A stretch of 57,928 nt of DNA, taken from the IMG/VR virus record IMGVR_UViG_3300038312_000096, positions 1-57,928 of that record; one strand, written 5' to 3'. Each line of letters begins with the position of its first letter. The stretch's first letter is position 1. The translations under genes were made by a program, and so were the position numbers. The notes beneath the pieces were generated by a model. It did not search any database. It saw only the letters and a program-made list of their open reading frames with translations, and was not told the DNA's origin. Positions 27,141 to 37,093 of this stretch are shown here, piece after piece. This DNA is from a virus (Duplodnaviria; Caudoviricetes).

Positions 27141-27150
27141 GAGGTGAATC

Positions 27151-30100
27151 ATGGCATTAGATTTAGGTACTATATTCGTGAAAATCGGCGCGAAAAACGA
27201 CGAACTAATGAAAGCTCTCTCTAAGTCGGAGCAAGCTCTCGAGAAGTTCGGCTCTAAGATGGAGGGAATCGGCAGAACTCTTTCTCTCCGTATCACAGCG
27301 CCTCTTGCAGCGATAGGCTACAAGGCAACACAAATGGCTGGAGAGGTCGTAGAGAGCGAAAACTTATTCTCGGTTGCTATGGGCAAAATGGAGACCGCAG
27401 GCAGGAAGTTCACCAACGCCTATGCTAAGTCACTGGGACTCAACGAGTATGAGATGCGTAAGCAGATGGGTACATTCAAAGTCATGGCTGAATCAATGGG
27501 GCTTACTGAACAAGCGGCTTATGATCTTTCACAAGGCTTTACTACCCTGGCTTATGACCTTGCTTCCTTCTACAACATCTCTTTCGAGTCGGCATTTGAG
27601 AAGTTACAAAGCGGTATGGTTGGAATGGTGATGCCGCTTCGCGAACTAGGCATCAACATCAATGAAACTACAGTCGAAGCGTACGCTCTTAGAGAGGGTA
27701 TCATTAAACAAGGAGAGTCACTTACAGAATCTGGCAAAGTCCTCGCACGTTACGGTGCTATTATGGAGCAAGCACGCAAGGCACAGGGAAACCTCGCTAG
27801 AGAAATAGACAACCCCCTCTCTAAGCAACGTATACTACAAGAACAAGTAAAAGCACTAAAAAAAGAGTTCGGTGATGCCCTCCTACCAATGTTTAATAAA
27901 CTCTTAGACGTTGCAGGCAGAGTGGTCGAGAAGCTAAAAGACATGACCGAAGCGTTTAAGAATCTTTCTCCCGAGGTTCAAGAAACATGGATAAAGGTCG
28001 GTCTTTTTGTTGCCTTGTTAGGTCCCGCGTCCCTACTGATCGGTGGACTAACTAAAACTCTTTCTTCCCTTACAAGCATCCTAAAAGGAGTAGGTGCAGC
28101 TTTCACAGCTGTTGCTGCGTTTGCAGGGAAGGTAGCTTTTGGATTCCAAGCAGTTAAGGCAGGGGCTGCTACAATCGGAGAAGCAATCAGCTTTGCGCTG
28201 GGGCCTCTAGGTCTGTTTATAGCAGGGCTCGGGATTGTGTTCGCACTCTACAAGGCGATCGATTATCTGACATACAAAGTATTTGACGGAGAGATAGTCG
28301 ACGCTAAAGTAAACCAATTCCTAGCTAATATTAATTTTTTAGGCAAGGGCGAGATGTACGCCAGCGCTGCTCAGAAAGCACTTGACGACCTCGAGAAGAA
28401 AAGAAACGGAACTAAAGAAAAATCAAAAAACAGCCTAGCTGCTGTTGGTGAAGAAGTTAAGGGTCTATACAACGAAATCTTGAAGGGTCTTGATTTAGGG
28501 CAATTCGTCAATAACTCGACCAAGGACGCCAAGAAGTCCATTGATGAGATTTATGGTTCCTTGCAAGGTGTCCTCTGGCAGAACTCAGTAGCCGCCAAAA
28601 ACATGGGCAAAGAATTTGACAAGCTTGGCGAAGATGCTAGTGCGTACGAGTCTGCCTTGAGAGAAGCTTTCGCTAATGGCCTCGACCCTTCTAATAGTAG
28701 TGTTGGCAGGAAAATCCTAGACGGCTGGAAGCAAGTGCTAGACGACATCGAGACCCAAGCTAGGGTCGATCTGTTAAATATCTATGACAGCATAGAGATG
28801 TTCCTCCCCACTAAAGACGGAAAACATCAAACTGCTTCTTTCGGCCTTGACTTAGAAGACCTTCTCAATCTCCCCGACGAACAGTTCGGTGAGTTTATTA
28901 GCTCGGTAGGCTTAGCAAAGAAGGCAGCTCAAGAGCTGGACAGCGCTTTCGTCCTCGGGCTTCTCGACGCCACAGATATGTGGGCAGGCTACCAGGATAT
29001 TCTCAAATCTTTGTCAGATAGTCTTCTCGGTGTCTATTCTTCTTTAGGCGAAGGACCTGCAAAAGAAGCCATTGGCGAGCTATTGCAAAACATCAACGCT
29101 AGCTATGGCGATCTTGAGATAAACATTAAAATAGCCAATCAAGATAAGTTCGAAGCTAATTTAAAAGATTCTATCGAGAAAGCTATAAGAAGCAGCATAA
29201 TCATTGACACCAAGACAGGCGAGCAAATACAAAACCCTAGAAACGCTCTAAAAGTCTACTCTGACGCCCTCTCGCAGTATCTAAGCGCAGGCTTCTCTGA
29301 TAGCTCAAACTTCGCTTTAGAGCTGAAGAATAACATCATGGCAGCACAAAAAGAAGTTGGCAAACTAGACTTCTCAGACGCTATCAGAAAAATCGAAGAC
29401 GATCTTGAGGCAGGGTTAAACCAAACCGCCCTTACTGCACGCACTACAATCGCTAAAGGCGGAATGTTTGACTCGCTCAAATATCAAGCTGACTTATATG
29501 AAAAAGCAATCCTCGAGCGCCAATCCTTGATGATCCAAGAAGGGAAATCAATAGGCGAAGTGATGTCTGCCACCTCAGAGTGGACTCAGAAGCTCAGAGA
29601 GCTGAATATCCAAATAGACGCTGCTGCCAAAAAGAAAATATACAAAGACTGGCAGAAGTCGATGCGAGACCAAGCGCTAAGTCAACTGCCGATCGCAGGG
29701 AAGGCTTTCGGTATGTCGGAAAGCACTTCCAAAGCGTTCGCTGCTGGTGGTATGTCTGCCTCTGTGGGTGGAGTAGTCGGTGCGTTGATAGCCTTGGCTT
29801 CAGAGAGCGAATCTTTCAAACAAGCACTAGCTGTTATAAACCCGATCCTTCAATCTGCTTCTGACGCACTTGGCAGACTCCTAGAACCTCTACTCCCTGT
29901 CACGGTAGTTCTCTCAAGCACTCTCTCACCTGTTCTTGATGCGCTCGGAGTTATATTAAGCACAGTCTTAGAGCCTGCACTCGCAGCAATCTTCCCAATT
30001 CTAAAGCTTCTAGGTGTGGCGATGATGAATGTCGCTTATATCTTCAACTGGGGACAATTACAAGTAGCCAAGATGCTAAGCAGTGCCTTCCAGTGGCTAG

Positions 30101-30495
30101 CAAGCCTCCCTCTTGTCGGCAGGTCCTTCCGTGACCTAGCAGAAGCTTCAAAAGCAAAGGTTGACGAGTTGAATGGAAAGCAGACCGACCTTTCTCAGTC
30201 TATGCAAGATTTAATTAATCTAAGCTATGAGGAAGCAAAAGCGAAGGCAAAACTCGCTGACACTGCCAGGGAAGTATCAGAAGCTTTAAGAAACGTACCA
30301 AGCGGCTTTAAGATCGCTCTCAGACGATACCAAGTAAGTGACCCGACAACAGGAAGTTATCAACCTACCTCGCAGACACCTATCTTTGTCAATTTCAACG
30401 CCCCAATCTTCGGTATGGACGACTTCGAGCAAGAAGTCAAGGGAATCATGCGGAACGCTACTAGGTCGAATTCTCTCGCACTTAACGGCATATAG
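27151..30495 (+). CDS. Tape measure protein
   Basis: 1114 aa, helical and Ala/Leu-rich; canonical position. Confidence 0.93.
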   Translation: MALDLGTIFVKIGAKNDELMKALSKSEQALEKFGSKMEGIGRTLSLRITAPLAAIGYKATQMAGEVVESENLFSVAMGKMETAGRKFTNAYAKSLGLNEYEMRKQMGTFKVMAESMGLTEQAAYDLSQGFTTLAYDLASFYNISFESAFEKLQSGMVGMVMPLRELGININETTVEAYALREGIIKQGESLTESGKVLARYGAIMEQARKAQGNLAREIDNPLSKQRILQEQVKALKKEFGDALLPMFNKLLDVAGRVVEKLKDMTEAFKNLSPEVQETWIKVGLFVALLGPASLLIGGLTKTLSSLTSILKGVGAAFTAVAAFAGKVAFGFQAVKAGAATIGEAISFALGPLGLFIAGLGIVFALYKAIDYLTYKVFDGEIVDAKVNQFLANINFLGKGEMYASAAQKALDDLEKKRNGTKEKSKNSLAAVGEEVKGLYNEILKGLDLGQFVNNSTKDAKKSIDEIYGSLQGVLWQNSVAAKNMGKEFDKLGEDASAYESALREAFANGLDPSNSSVGRKILDGWKQVLDDIETQARVDLLNIYDSIEMFLPTKDGKHQTASFGLDLEDLLNLPDEQFGEFISSVGLAKKAAQELDSAFVLGLLDATDMWAGYQDILKSLSDSLLGVYSSLGEGPAKEAIGELLQNINASYGDLEINIKIANQDKFEANLKDSIEKAIRSSIIIDTKTGEQIQNPRNALKVYSDALSQYLSAGFSDSSNFALELKNNIMAAQKEVGKLDFSDAIRKIEDDLEAGLNQTALTARTTIAKGGMFDSLKYQADLYEKAILERQSLMIQEGKSIGEVMSATSEWTQKLRELNIQIDAAAKKKIYKDWQKSMRDQALSQLPIAGKAFGMSESTSKAFAAGGMSASVGGVVGALIALASESESFKQALAVINPILQSASDALGRLLEPLLPVTVVLSSTLSPVLDALGVILSTVLEPALAAIFPILKLLGVAMMNVAYIFNWGQLQVAKMLSSAFQWLASLPLVGRSFRDLAEASKAKVDELNGKQTDLSQSMQDLINLSYEEAKAKAKLADTAREVSEALRNVPSGFKIALRRYQVSDPTTGSYQPTSQTPIFVNFNAPIFGMDDFEQEVKGIMRNATRSNSLALNGI

Positions 30496-30505
30496 GAGGT
30501 GGCTT

Positions 30506-30856
30506 ATGGCTTTCGTTTCATTCGCTGGGATAGACATTCCTAAAGCAAAGAATATTAGAATGACCTACGACACGATCGAAGATTCCGACCGCACAGTCAC
30601 AGGTCGCCTCCGTTCTGATACGATTGCAATAAAAAGGGTGTGGGAGGTTGATACCGCACCCCTTACCCCCCAAGAATATTCGCCTATCCTCTCTTATTAC
30701 GAATCGACAATGGGAGCAGAGGGGGCGTTTATTGTTTACGGAGAACCGACTGCGACTGCAAAATTAAACATACAGTATGACGTAATTAAATTCACGCAAA
30801 ATGGCGTATTTTACCCGAATGGTAAGATTCTTCATATCAGAGCAACGGAGGTGTAG
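30506..30856 (+). CDS. Distal tail (Dit-like) protein
   Basis: GGAGGTG RBS; RT.TG.LRSD...KR.W. Confidence 0.65.
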   Translation: MAFVSFAGIDIPKAKNIRMTYDTIEDSDRTVTGRLRSDTIAIKRVWEVDTAPLTPQEYSPILSYYESTMGAEGAFIVYGEPTATAKLNIQYDVIKFTQNGVFYPNGKILHIRATEV

Positions 30857-30858
30857 GT

Positions 30859-31086
30859 GTGGAGTATGGGCTATCTAGTGTATGGGATAGTGACATGGCG
30901 ATGGGTTCGGAGGCGCTCTTAGATAGCGAGAAAGTGTTCAACTCAGAAGAAAATGCAGTCGATTTCTTCTCTTACCTTTTTCAGAATCTCCCCTTACCCT
31001 CCCTTCTCTTTATAGAAAAAGCGACAGCTAAAATTGTGTCGACTTTGGAGGTGACAGCTTGCAAGCCTACCAAGATACAGATGTGA
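30859..31086 (+). CDS. Small tail-region protein sharing a peptide with 33556..35649
   Basis: WD......SEA.LDSEK.F.SE......YLFQ present in both. Confidence 0.6.
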   Translation: MEYGLSSVWDSDMAMGSEALLDSEKVFNSEENAVDFFSYLFQNLPLPSLLFIEKATAKIVSTLEVTACKPTKIQM

Positions 31087-31379
31087 CTTTGAGAATAAAT
31101 GTTCTTGATGATGTGGGGCAACCTTTACAACTGACAGGCATGGCTCTGAAGTTCTCTTTCGTAAACGGCACTAAAATTATATTCGCTAAAGAAATAGGCA
31201 CAGGGATAGAAGTCACTTCCTGCCCCGAAGGGAAGGTCGAGGTTACTCTCTCAGCAGAAGACTTATCTTTACCTAGTGGCGAATATACAGTAGAACTACT
31301 CGTCACCGACCCAGATGGCAGACGCTTTTTAGCTTTGCAAGAGAAGTTTGAATTGAAAACACGATTCGCCAAGGAGTGA
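31059..31379 (+). CDS. BppU-like baseplate domain protein
   Basis: P..LTG....F; GKVEVTL..EDL...G.Y..E; TTG start. Confidence 0.6.
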   Translation: MQAYQDTDVTLRINVLDDVGQPLQLTGMALKFSFVNGTKIIFAKEIGTGIEVTSCPEGKVEVTLSAEDLSLPSGEYTVELLVTDPDGRRFLALQEKFELKTRFAKE

Positions 31380-31383
31380 TCAA

Positions 31384-31866
31384 ATGGCTAATATTCGTAT
31401 TGGTCGCATAGTAGACGATATATGGCAGAACATCCTAGACCGTATCAACGGAACAGAAGGCAAGGTGCAGGCAGAAGACACTGTACTGCAAGGAAAGGTT
31501 GATACCCTCAACGCCAAAGACTTTGCCACCTCTGCCAAGCAAGATGCTATCAAGACTATATTAGATGCTATCAATGCTAAAGACCTCTCGACAGGTGCTA
31601 AACAAGACGCAATCAAAACAGTTTTAGACCTACTCAATACAAAAGACTACGCCACTAACGCAGAACTTCAAGCGGTTAAAGCAGAACTTGCTACAATCAA
31701 AGCTAACCAGACTAGTGGCAATCAGAAAGTCAAAGACGAAGCTTCTTCCTCTGGACTTTCTGCCAACCGCCCTCAAGCCAACGCAGTCAGAGCAGGGTAT
31801 ATATATTACTCTGTGGATACAGATGTAATGGAGTACTCAAACGGTACTACTTGGATGGTGATGTAG
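31384..31866 (+). CDS. Coiled-coil tail fibre-like protein with 20-aa repeats
   Basis: About three repeats of LNAKDFATSAKQDAIKTILD. Confidence 0.65.
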   Translation: MANIRIGRIVDDIWQNILDRINGTEGKVQAEDTVLQGKVDTLNAKDFATSAKQDAIKTILDAINAKDLSTGAKQDAIKTVLDLLNTKDYATNAELQAVKAELATIKANQTSGNQKVKDEASSSGLSANRPQANAVRAGYIYYSVDTDVMEYSNGTTWMVM

Positions 31867-33411
31867 ATGTTCGATCCTATCAGTTATAAGAAAACTAAAG
31901 ATGTCGATGAGAAGTACGCAGTAAAGACTGCTGTTATAGAGAAAGAGCTCAACGACTTTCAAAACACCATCGCAGGCATCAACATCAACCAAGAAGCTAA
32001 ACAAAGTGTAACAGACTATGGTATTGTTTCCCTTCCTCGCAACTGTGCTAATGGGCAAGTTAGTGCAACTGTAAAAGGAGAAACTTTGACTAACCTAGTA
32101 CCAAAAAACCCTTCTGAGACTGTATTAACCATAGATAATTATTTTGTTCTCCGTAATTCGGCTTATGACCATTTTTTGACAAGAGGTAATATTAATTATA
32201 AGCCTTCTACAAAATATACATTGATTGTGGAAATAAGAAAAAACACATTGAATAAGGATATTACAATAAATTACGCCGATACTCCTATAGCAACACCTAT
32301 TGGCACTATTGTGTCAGGTACTAAAGGGATATTTAAGAAAGCAATGACAACAAAAGAAGACTTTAGTACAGCAAAATATGATTTATGGTTAAGTAAAAAC
32401 ATAACAGGCATTGAGGGAGAAGTTGAGTGTAGGATTGCGATATTTGAAGGAGATTATACAAATAGAGAAATAAAGTATATCAACGGTACTAAATCTACAG
32501 TTAGTGCAGTTAGGGTAAAAAGTGAGTCTGCCGATAAAAAGCAAACTTCCATGTTGTACCTCAACGCAGGACAACCACTTCGCTCGCTACTTAATGGCAC
32601 TAAAGATGAAGTTAGTGCAGGGAAGTTAAATAAGAAGGTTAGCGACGAGTATGTTTTAGATGGCAATAGTGGATTTAAATTCTTGGATGTAAGCTTCACA
32701 AACACTTACAGAATGGTACTCGATAGTTGGTTGGCTGGCAAAAACGCCTTGTTGGGAACGACTGGATCTGGAATAGGTAGATCAGCTGACGGTGATTATC
32801 CGATACAAGGAAACACAGCAGGAACGGATGTGCGATCCCTAGTTTTATACACTAATAATTATTTGTATGTTTATGTTGAAAAAGAAAAAGTGGATGCTAT
32901 GACTGGGGCAACAACAGAAGACAAATTCAAGGCTTACCTAAACAAGTATCCAATCACACTAACTTATCAGTTAGCGACACCTGTAGTGACTGATATACAA
33001 ACATCTGGAAGCTTGTTTGGTTACCCTAGTGGGACAGTTTACGTAGAAAATGTTTTACCTGTAGCAGGTCTTTATGAGGCGACTGGTATTAAGGTTACTA
33101 ATTCAGACTTTCCGATCGCAACGTTGGAGAAAATTAGTAAGATTGATTCTGTTACAGGAGTAGAAACAGAAGTTGCGGTTGCAAACGCAGTTATCTCGGC
33201 CGATAAACTATCCTTTACTCATCCGGGCTTAGTGGCAGGTGATATTGTCTTTTTCACGTACCACCATGCAGTCGAAGGAACGGTAGCAGAGACGATCATA
33301 AACTACTATGACAGCAGGTATACGATAAAGGACGCTGGCAACGGCAAGTTTTATCAATGGAAAGTTACGGCCAATAACGGAGTGCCGACTATTACTCTGG
33401 TGGAGGTGTAA
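31867..33411 (+). CDS. Putative receptor-binding/tail fibre protein
   Basis: Position; KGETLTNL and TYQLATP motifs typical of Firmicutes tail proteins. Confidence 0.65.
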   Translation: MFDPISYKKTKDVDEKYAVKTAVIEKELNDFQNTIAGININQEAKQSVTDYGIVSLPRNCANGQVSATVKGETLTNLVPKNPSETVLTIDNYFVLRNSAYDHFLTRGNINYKPSTKYTLIVEIRKNTLNKDITINYADTPIATPIGTIVSGTKGIFKKAMTTKEDFSTAKYDLWLSKNITGIEGEVECRIAIFEGDYTNREIKYINGTKSTVSAVRVKSESADKKQTSMLYLNAGQPLRSLLNGTKDEVSAGKLNKKVSDEYVLDGNSGFKFLDVSFTNTYRMVLDSWLAGKNALLGTTGSGIGRSADGDYPIQGNTAGTDVRSLVLYTNNYLYVYVEKEKVDAMTGATTEDKFKAYLNKYPITLTYQLATPVVTDIQTSGSLFGYPSGTVYVENVLPVAGLYEATGIKVTNSDFPIATLEKISKIDSVTGVETEVAVANAVISADKLSFTHPGLVAGDIVFFTYHHAVEGTVAETIINYYDSRYTIKDAGNGKFYQWKVTANNGVPTITLVEV

Positions 33412-33414
33412 GCG

Positions 33415-33525
33415 ATGAATGACGTAATTATTCACGCATTAGCTGAACGTATTCTCGCTGGGATGATGCAAGTTGAAGAAGTGCCAGAAGTCTTCAAGGA
33501 AGAAGTAGACAAATTATTAAAATAG
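33415..33525 (+). CDS. CD1375-like small protein (36 aa; not in ORF track)
   Basis: RILAGMMQVEEVPEVFKEEV; GGAGGTG RBS. Confidence 0.65.
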   Translation: MNDVIIHALAERILAGMMQVEEVPEVFKEEVDKLLK

Positions 33526-33555
33526 CGTAGTCGCCCCCGAAAGGCAGGTGATTCC

Positions 33556-35649
33556 TTGTACCCACGTTTAAGGTTAGAAATCCTCAACCCCACGCCGATT
33601 GATGTTTCCGACTATCTACTAAGCCACTCCCTCGACCGAGGCGACGTTTCCCAAGTCGGTGCTAGTGGGGTGGACGGTATTGTGTCCTCTCTTTCCTTCA
33701 CTTTAGGCAACAGTGGACAGTATCAATGTCAGTGGGACCCAGAAGCGGTGGTGGATTCGGAGGCAGTCTTGGACAGCGAAAAGACTTTCGACTCAGAAGA
33801 TGATGTCTGCCTACTGTTAGCTTACCTCTTTCAGGCTGAACCCACTTTGGCACGTGATTCCTTCTCCCCTCGCGACTCTGGTTCAAAATTCAACAACCCG
33901 ACCCCACTTCTCTATCCTAATCGAGAGGTAGTTTTTTATGTCGATGGCGTCGAACGCTGGCGAGGGTATATCAGAGAAATTAAACCAGGTCGCTCGAAGG
34001 TTGATGTAGTAGCCTATGACCCTGCTAAACTCTTGCAAGACGCCTACATCTACACCTCCAAGGAATACGGAAGCGAAGCAGGAGTACCTGCCGAAACGGT
34101 AATACAGCAGATAATCGACGATAGCTTCCCCACACTCTCTGCCTCAGACACAATCATTGCAGAAGCGTACACCGACTATTCCCTTTCGCACAGGTGGTTA
34201 ACGACATACACCGTAAAGCGCCCAAACGAATCAAGTGCGATGACGGATATAGCCAACATTGACTTAGGGGCAGGTATTATATCTTTCCACAACTCAGGCA
34301 CGTACATCGTTGAATATACTTATAGAGATGCGTTTTACGCGCTTCACACTCCTGTTTCACCTTCCTTCCTTGTCACACCATATAAGGTGGAGTATGAAAG
34401 TGTGTGGGACGCGATTCAGAAGGTCGCTTCAATGATCGGCTGGTATTTGGGGTATAGGTACATTGATGGTCAGTTCCGACTCACCTTCCTAGAACCACCT
34501 AGACTGAAAAATACTCCAGACTTCACGCTTGACGCTGATAAGGAAATCTACACCCAAGACCTTGCTATAAGCGATGTCGACGTGCGTAATTTTGTCAAGG
34601 TGACTTATAGAGACAAAGTTTCTAAAACAAGAAAGTTTGTAACGGTGCAAGATAATGATTCTATCGCACAGTTTGGCAAGAGATCGATGGAGATCGAAGA
34701 AGCCGACACATCCCTTATCGACACTGAAGAAGAAGCTTTAAGACTCGCCAACGCTGTCCTACATGACCTCTCCTCCCTCCCTGCCACAACAAGAGTCAAC
34801 CTCCCTTACATGCCCCAAATAGACACCTTCTCGACTGTAGCTATACGCAACCCTCTTATTTCGTCTACAATCGACTTCTATGCAGTTGAGTCAGTGCGAC
34901 ACTACGGAGAACCCACAAGACTTCGGACAGAGATTGTCTGTTCTGGCAAAGTGATTGGTGGGAGAAGCGTTTGGCTTCAGAAGGAAACCAGGAAGGGTAG
35001 ACCTGCCGAGCCAATACGAGGGGGAGAGATAGTACCAGGTGCAGTAGACAAAGATCGGTTGCGAGATGGGGTAGTAGATAATTCCAAGCTTAGCGACGGA
35101 TCTGTTGATGCAAATAAAATAGTTGATGGGGCTATAAATACAGACAAAATAGGTGACAATGCAATTAACTCTGGCAAAATAAGCGACGGGGCAATAGATA
35201 CCAATAAACTAAGCGACGGAGCCACAACAACGGCTAAAATAGCGAAAGGGGCAGTCGGAGCTAACGAGATATATCTTCTTGATGACACAGCAGGATCAAG
35301 CACCACTTCTAAAGAGTGGGTTGACATCCCTGGCTTCGAATTAAACTTTACTCTGGCAGACGAAGCTACTGTCTTAATTTTGTGCAGAATATCAGCATAT
35401 TTAAATGCTATGGGGGGTTTGAGGTGCAAAGGCTTCTACCGGTTGCTTGTAGACGGAGAGCCGAGAAGGACGCAGGCAATACAAGATACTAACACTGGTA
35501 CGTTTTGGGTACCTGTTGTATTAACCGACCTCTTGATTCTCTCTGCTGGGCAACACACGATAAAAGGGCAGATGCGATGTGATGCTGAATTTAGCAACAC
35601 TGTATATGCTTATTTCAGGGAAATTCTCTCTCTAATAATAAAGAGGTGA
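33556..35649 (+). CDS. Baseplate hub/central tail protein with 10-aa GA(V/I)...K(I/L).D repeats
   Basis: DSIAQFG motif; about 8 decapeptide repeats at 35038-35270. Confidence 0.75.
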   Translation: MYPRLRLEILNPTPIDVSDYLLSHSLDRGDVSQVGASGVDGIVSSLSFTLGNSGQYQCQWDPEAVVDSEAVLDSEKTFDSEDDVCLLLAYLFQAEPTLARDSFSPRDSGSKFNNPTPLLYPNREVVFYVDGVERWRGYIREIKPGRSKVDVVAYDPAKLLQDAYIYTSKEYGSEAGVPAETVIQQIIDDSFPTLSASDTIIAEAYTDYSLSHRWLTTYTVKRPNESSAMTDIANIDLGAGIISFHNSGTYIVEYTYRDAFYALHTPVSPSFLVTPYKVEYESVWDAIQKVASMIGWYLGYRYIDGQFRLTFLEPPRLKNTPDFTLDADKEIYTQDLAISDVDVRNFVKVTYRDKVSKTRKFVTVQDNDSIAQFGKRSMEIEEADTSLIDTEEEALRLANAVLHDLSSLPATTRVNLPYMPQIDTFSTVAIRNPLISSTIDFYAVESVRHYGEPTRLRTEIVCSGKVIGGRSVWLQKETRKGRPAEPIRGGEIVPGAVDKDRLRDGVVDNSKLSDGSVDANKIVDGAINTDKIGDNAINSGKISDGAIDTNKLSDGATTTAKIAKGAVGANEIYLLDDTAGSSTTSKEWVDIPGFELNFTLADEATVLILCRISAYLNAMGGLRCKGFYRLLVDGEPRRTQAIQDTNTGTFWVPVVLTDLLILSAGQHTIKGQMRCDAEFSNTVYAYFREILSLIIKR

Positions 35650-35653
35650 TTGT

Positions 35654-35860
35654 ATGGATTACTCTTTTTTGGCTAATACTTTGCAACCTCTCCACGCACA
35701 CTCAGTGCAAGAGGTTCTTGTGGCTGTTTGCCCCAAGGTCGAGGCTGTCACAGTTGCCAATCACTGTAAGCCTGCTGTGATATTTGTTCACTGTTCAGAA
35801 AATTTAACAGAAAATGAATTGATTTTGCTAAAAGATGGTATAATAACCCTAGAGGGGTGA
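35654..35860 (+). CDS. Hypothetical protein
   Basis: GAGGTG RBS. Confidence 0.55.
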   Translation: MDYSFLANTLQPLHAHSVQEVLVAVCPKVEAVTVANHCKPAVIFVHCSENLTENELILLKDGIITLEG

Positions 35861-35864
35861 TGTT

Positions 35865-36365
35865 GTGTATATCTTTTTAGCGATTATTCTGCTATTAGCT
35901 GGGTGCATGGGGCCTAGGCAGGTTATTGTTCCTGATTATATAGCCCAAAAAGCTTTAGCCATAGCTACCGAGCAAATCGATAAACCGTATGTTTGGGGTG
36001 GGCGAGGTCCAGACACTTTTGATTGCTCAGGGATAATAACCTGGTCTTACAAAAAAGCAGGTGTGAAAAATTTCTCTTTGGGAGACACTCTTTGCGATGA
36101 TGTAAACGCAACTCAGTTATATAAATATAATATAGTTTTAGTAGATAACAAAAACGTAAAACCAGGTGACATAGTTTTTATTACGTACGACACAGAGCGT
36201 ATGACTCACTGCGGACTGTTTGTCAAATGGATTGACGATAAAGAGTTCGAGTTCATTAACGCGTCTAGCTATTACGGAGAAGTGGTTATCGACACATGGT
36301 CTATTTCTGAACAGAAAAGGGGGCAGCGGTTCGCTGGATTCGGCCGACTGAAAACATTTTACTAA
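35865..36365 (+). CDS. NlpC/P60 (C40) peptidase lipoprotein
   Basis: Lipobox LLAGC; PYVWGG..FDCSG; PGDIVF; THCG. Confidence 0.9.
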   Translation: MYIFLAIILLLAGCMGPRQVIVPDYIAQKALAIATEQIDKPYVWGGRGPDTFDCSGIITWSYKKAGVKNFSLGDTLCDDVNATQLYKYNIVLVDNKNVKPGDIVFITYDTERMTHCGLFVKWIDDKEFEFINASSYYGEVVIDTWSISEQKRGQRFAGFGRLKTFY

Positions 36366-36386
36366 CAGCCATACGGCTGTTTTTTT
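36365..36386 (+). terminator. Intrinsic terminator
   Basis: ACAGCC-atac-GGCTGT followed by a T run. Confidence 0.75.
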
Positions 36387-36401
36387 ATTGAGGTGATTGA
36401 G

Positions 36402-36656
36402 GTGGAGCAATACCCAGAGAGACTAACCCGAGTCGAGAATCGACTTGACAACGTTGAAGCGAATATTGCAGAGATTAAAGCTGAGGTCAAACAATCTGCG
36501 ACTAAGAGTGACTTGGCAGGACTGAAAGAATACTTTTCCGATAGAGATAAGCAGTATAACGATAAAATGTGGAAGCTCATTTTCGGGCTTCTTCTTTTAT
36601 TTGGCGGGCTTATGGTCGTAATGTTTGGGATCAAAGAAATACCCAAACTTTTTTAG
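36402..36656 (+). CDS. XhlA-like holin/membrane protein
   Basis: ERLTRVE coiled coil plus C-terminal transmembrane segment. Confidence 0.7.
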   Translation: MEQYPERLTRVENRLDNVEANIAEIKAEVKQSATKSDLAGLKEYFSDRDKQYNDKMWKLIFGLLLLFGGLMVVMFGIKEIPKLF

Positions 36657-36669
36657 GAGGTGGTGACTT

Positions 36670-37089
36670 ATCAAGACTATTGAGGAGCAACTTGTCCTGC
36701 ACGAAGGGCTAAGAGCTAAAGTCTATAAATGCCCTGCTGGCAAATGGACTATCGGAGTGGGCAGGAACTTGGAAGATCGAGGTATCACCAATGACGAAGC
36801 ACTCTATCTGCTACGTAACGACATTTATCAGATTATCGACTCCCTAACCGCTAAATACACATGGTTTACGTACCTTGATCCAGTGCGTCAAAAAGTATGT
36901 ATCGACATGGCTTTCAACCTGGGCATGGGTGGCTTCTCCAAGTTCAAGAGCATGATTCGTGCGTTAGCGGTCAAGGACTATCAAAAAGCGGCGAAGGAAA
37001 TGGAAGATTCTGCTTGGTTTAGGCAGGTCGGACAGCGAGGTCGCAGGCTGGCTGAGATGATGCGGACAGGCGAAGATTATAAGGAGTGA
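36670..37089 (+). CDS. Endolysin, T4-lysozyme-like (GH24), apparent ATC start
   Basis: HEG...VYKCPAGKWTIGVGRNL lies upstream of the ORF-track start; MAFNLG; DSAWFRQVG.R. Confidence 0.88.
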   Translation: MKTIEEQLVLHEGLRAKVYKCPAGKWTIGVGRNLEDRGITNDEALYLLRNDIYQIIDSLTAKYTWFTYLDPVRQKVCIDMAFNLGMGGFSKFKSMIRALAVKDYQKAAKEMEDSAWFRQVGQRGRRLAEMMRTGEDYKE

Positions 37090-37093
37090 TTAA

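Noticed and set aside
30870-33835. Diversity-generating retroelement TR/VR pair in tail genes
   Set aside because: Mismatches are not adenine-specific and no reverse transcriptase is present
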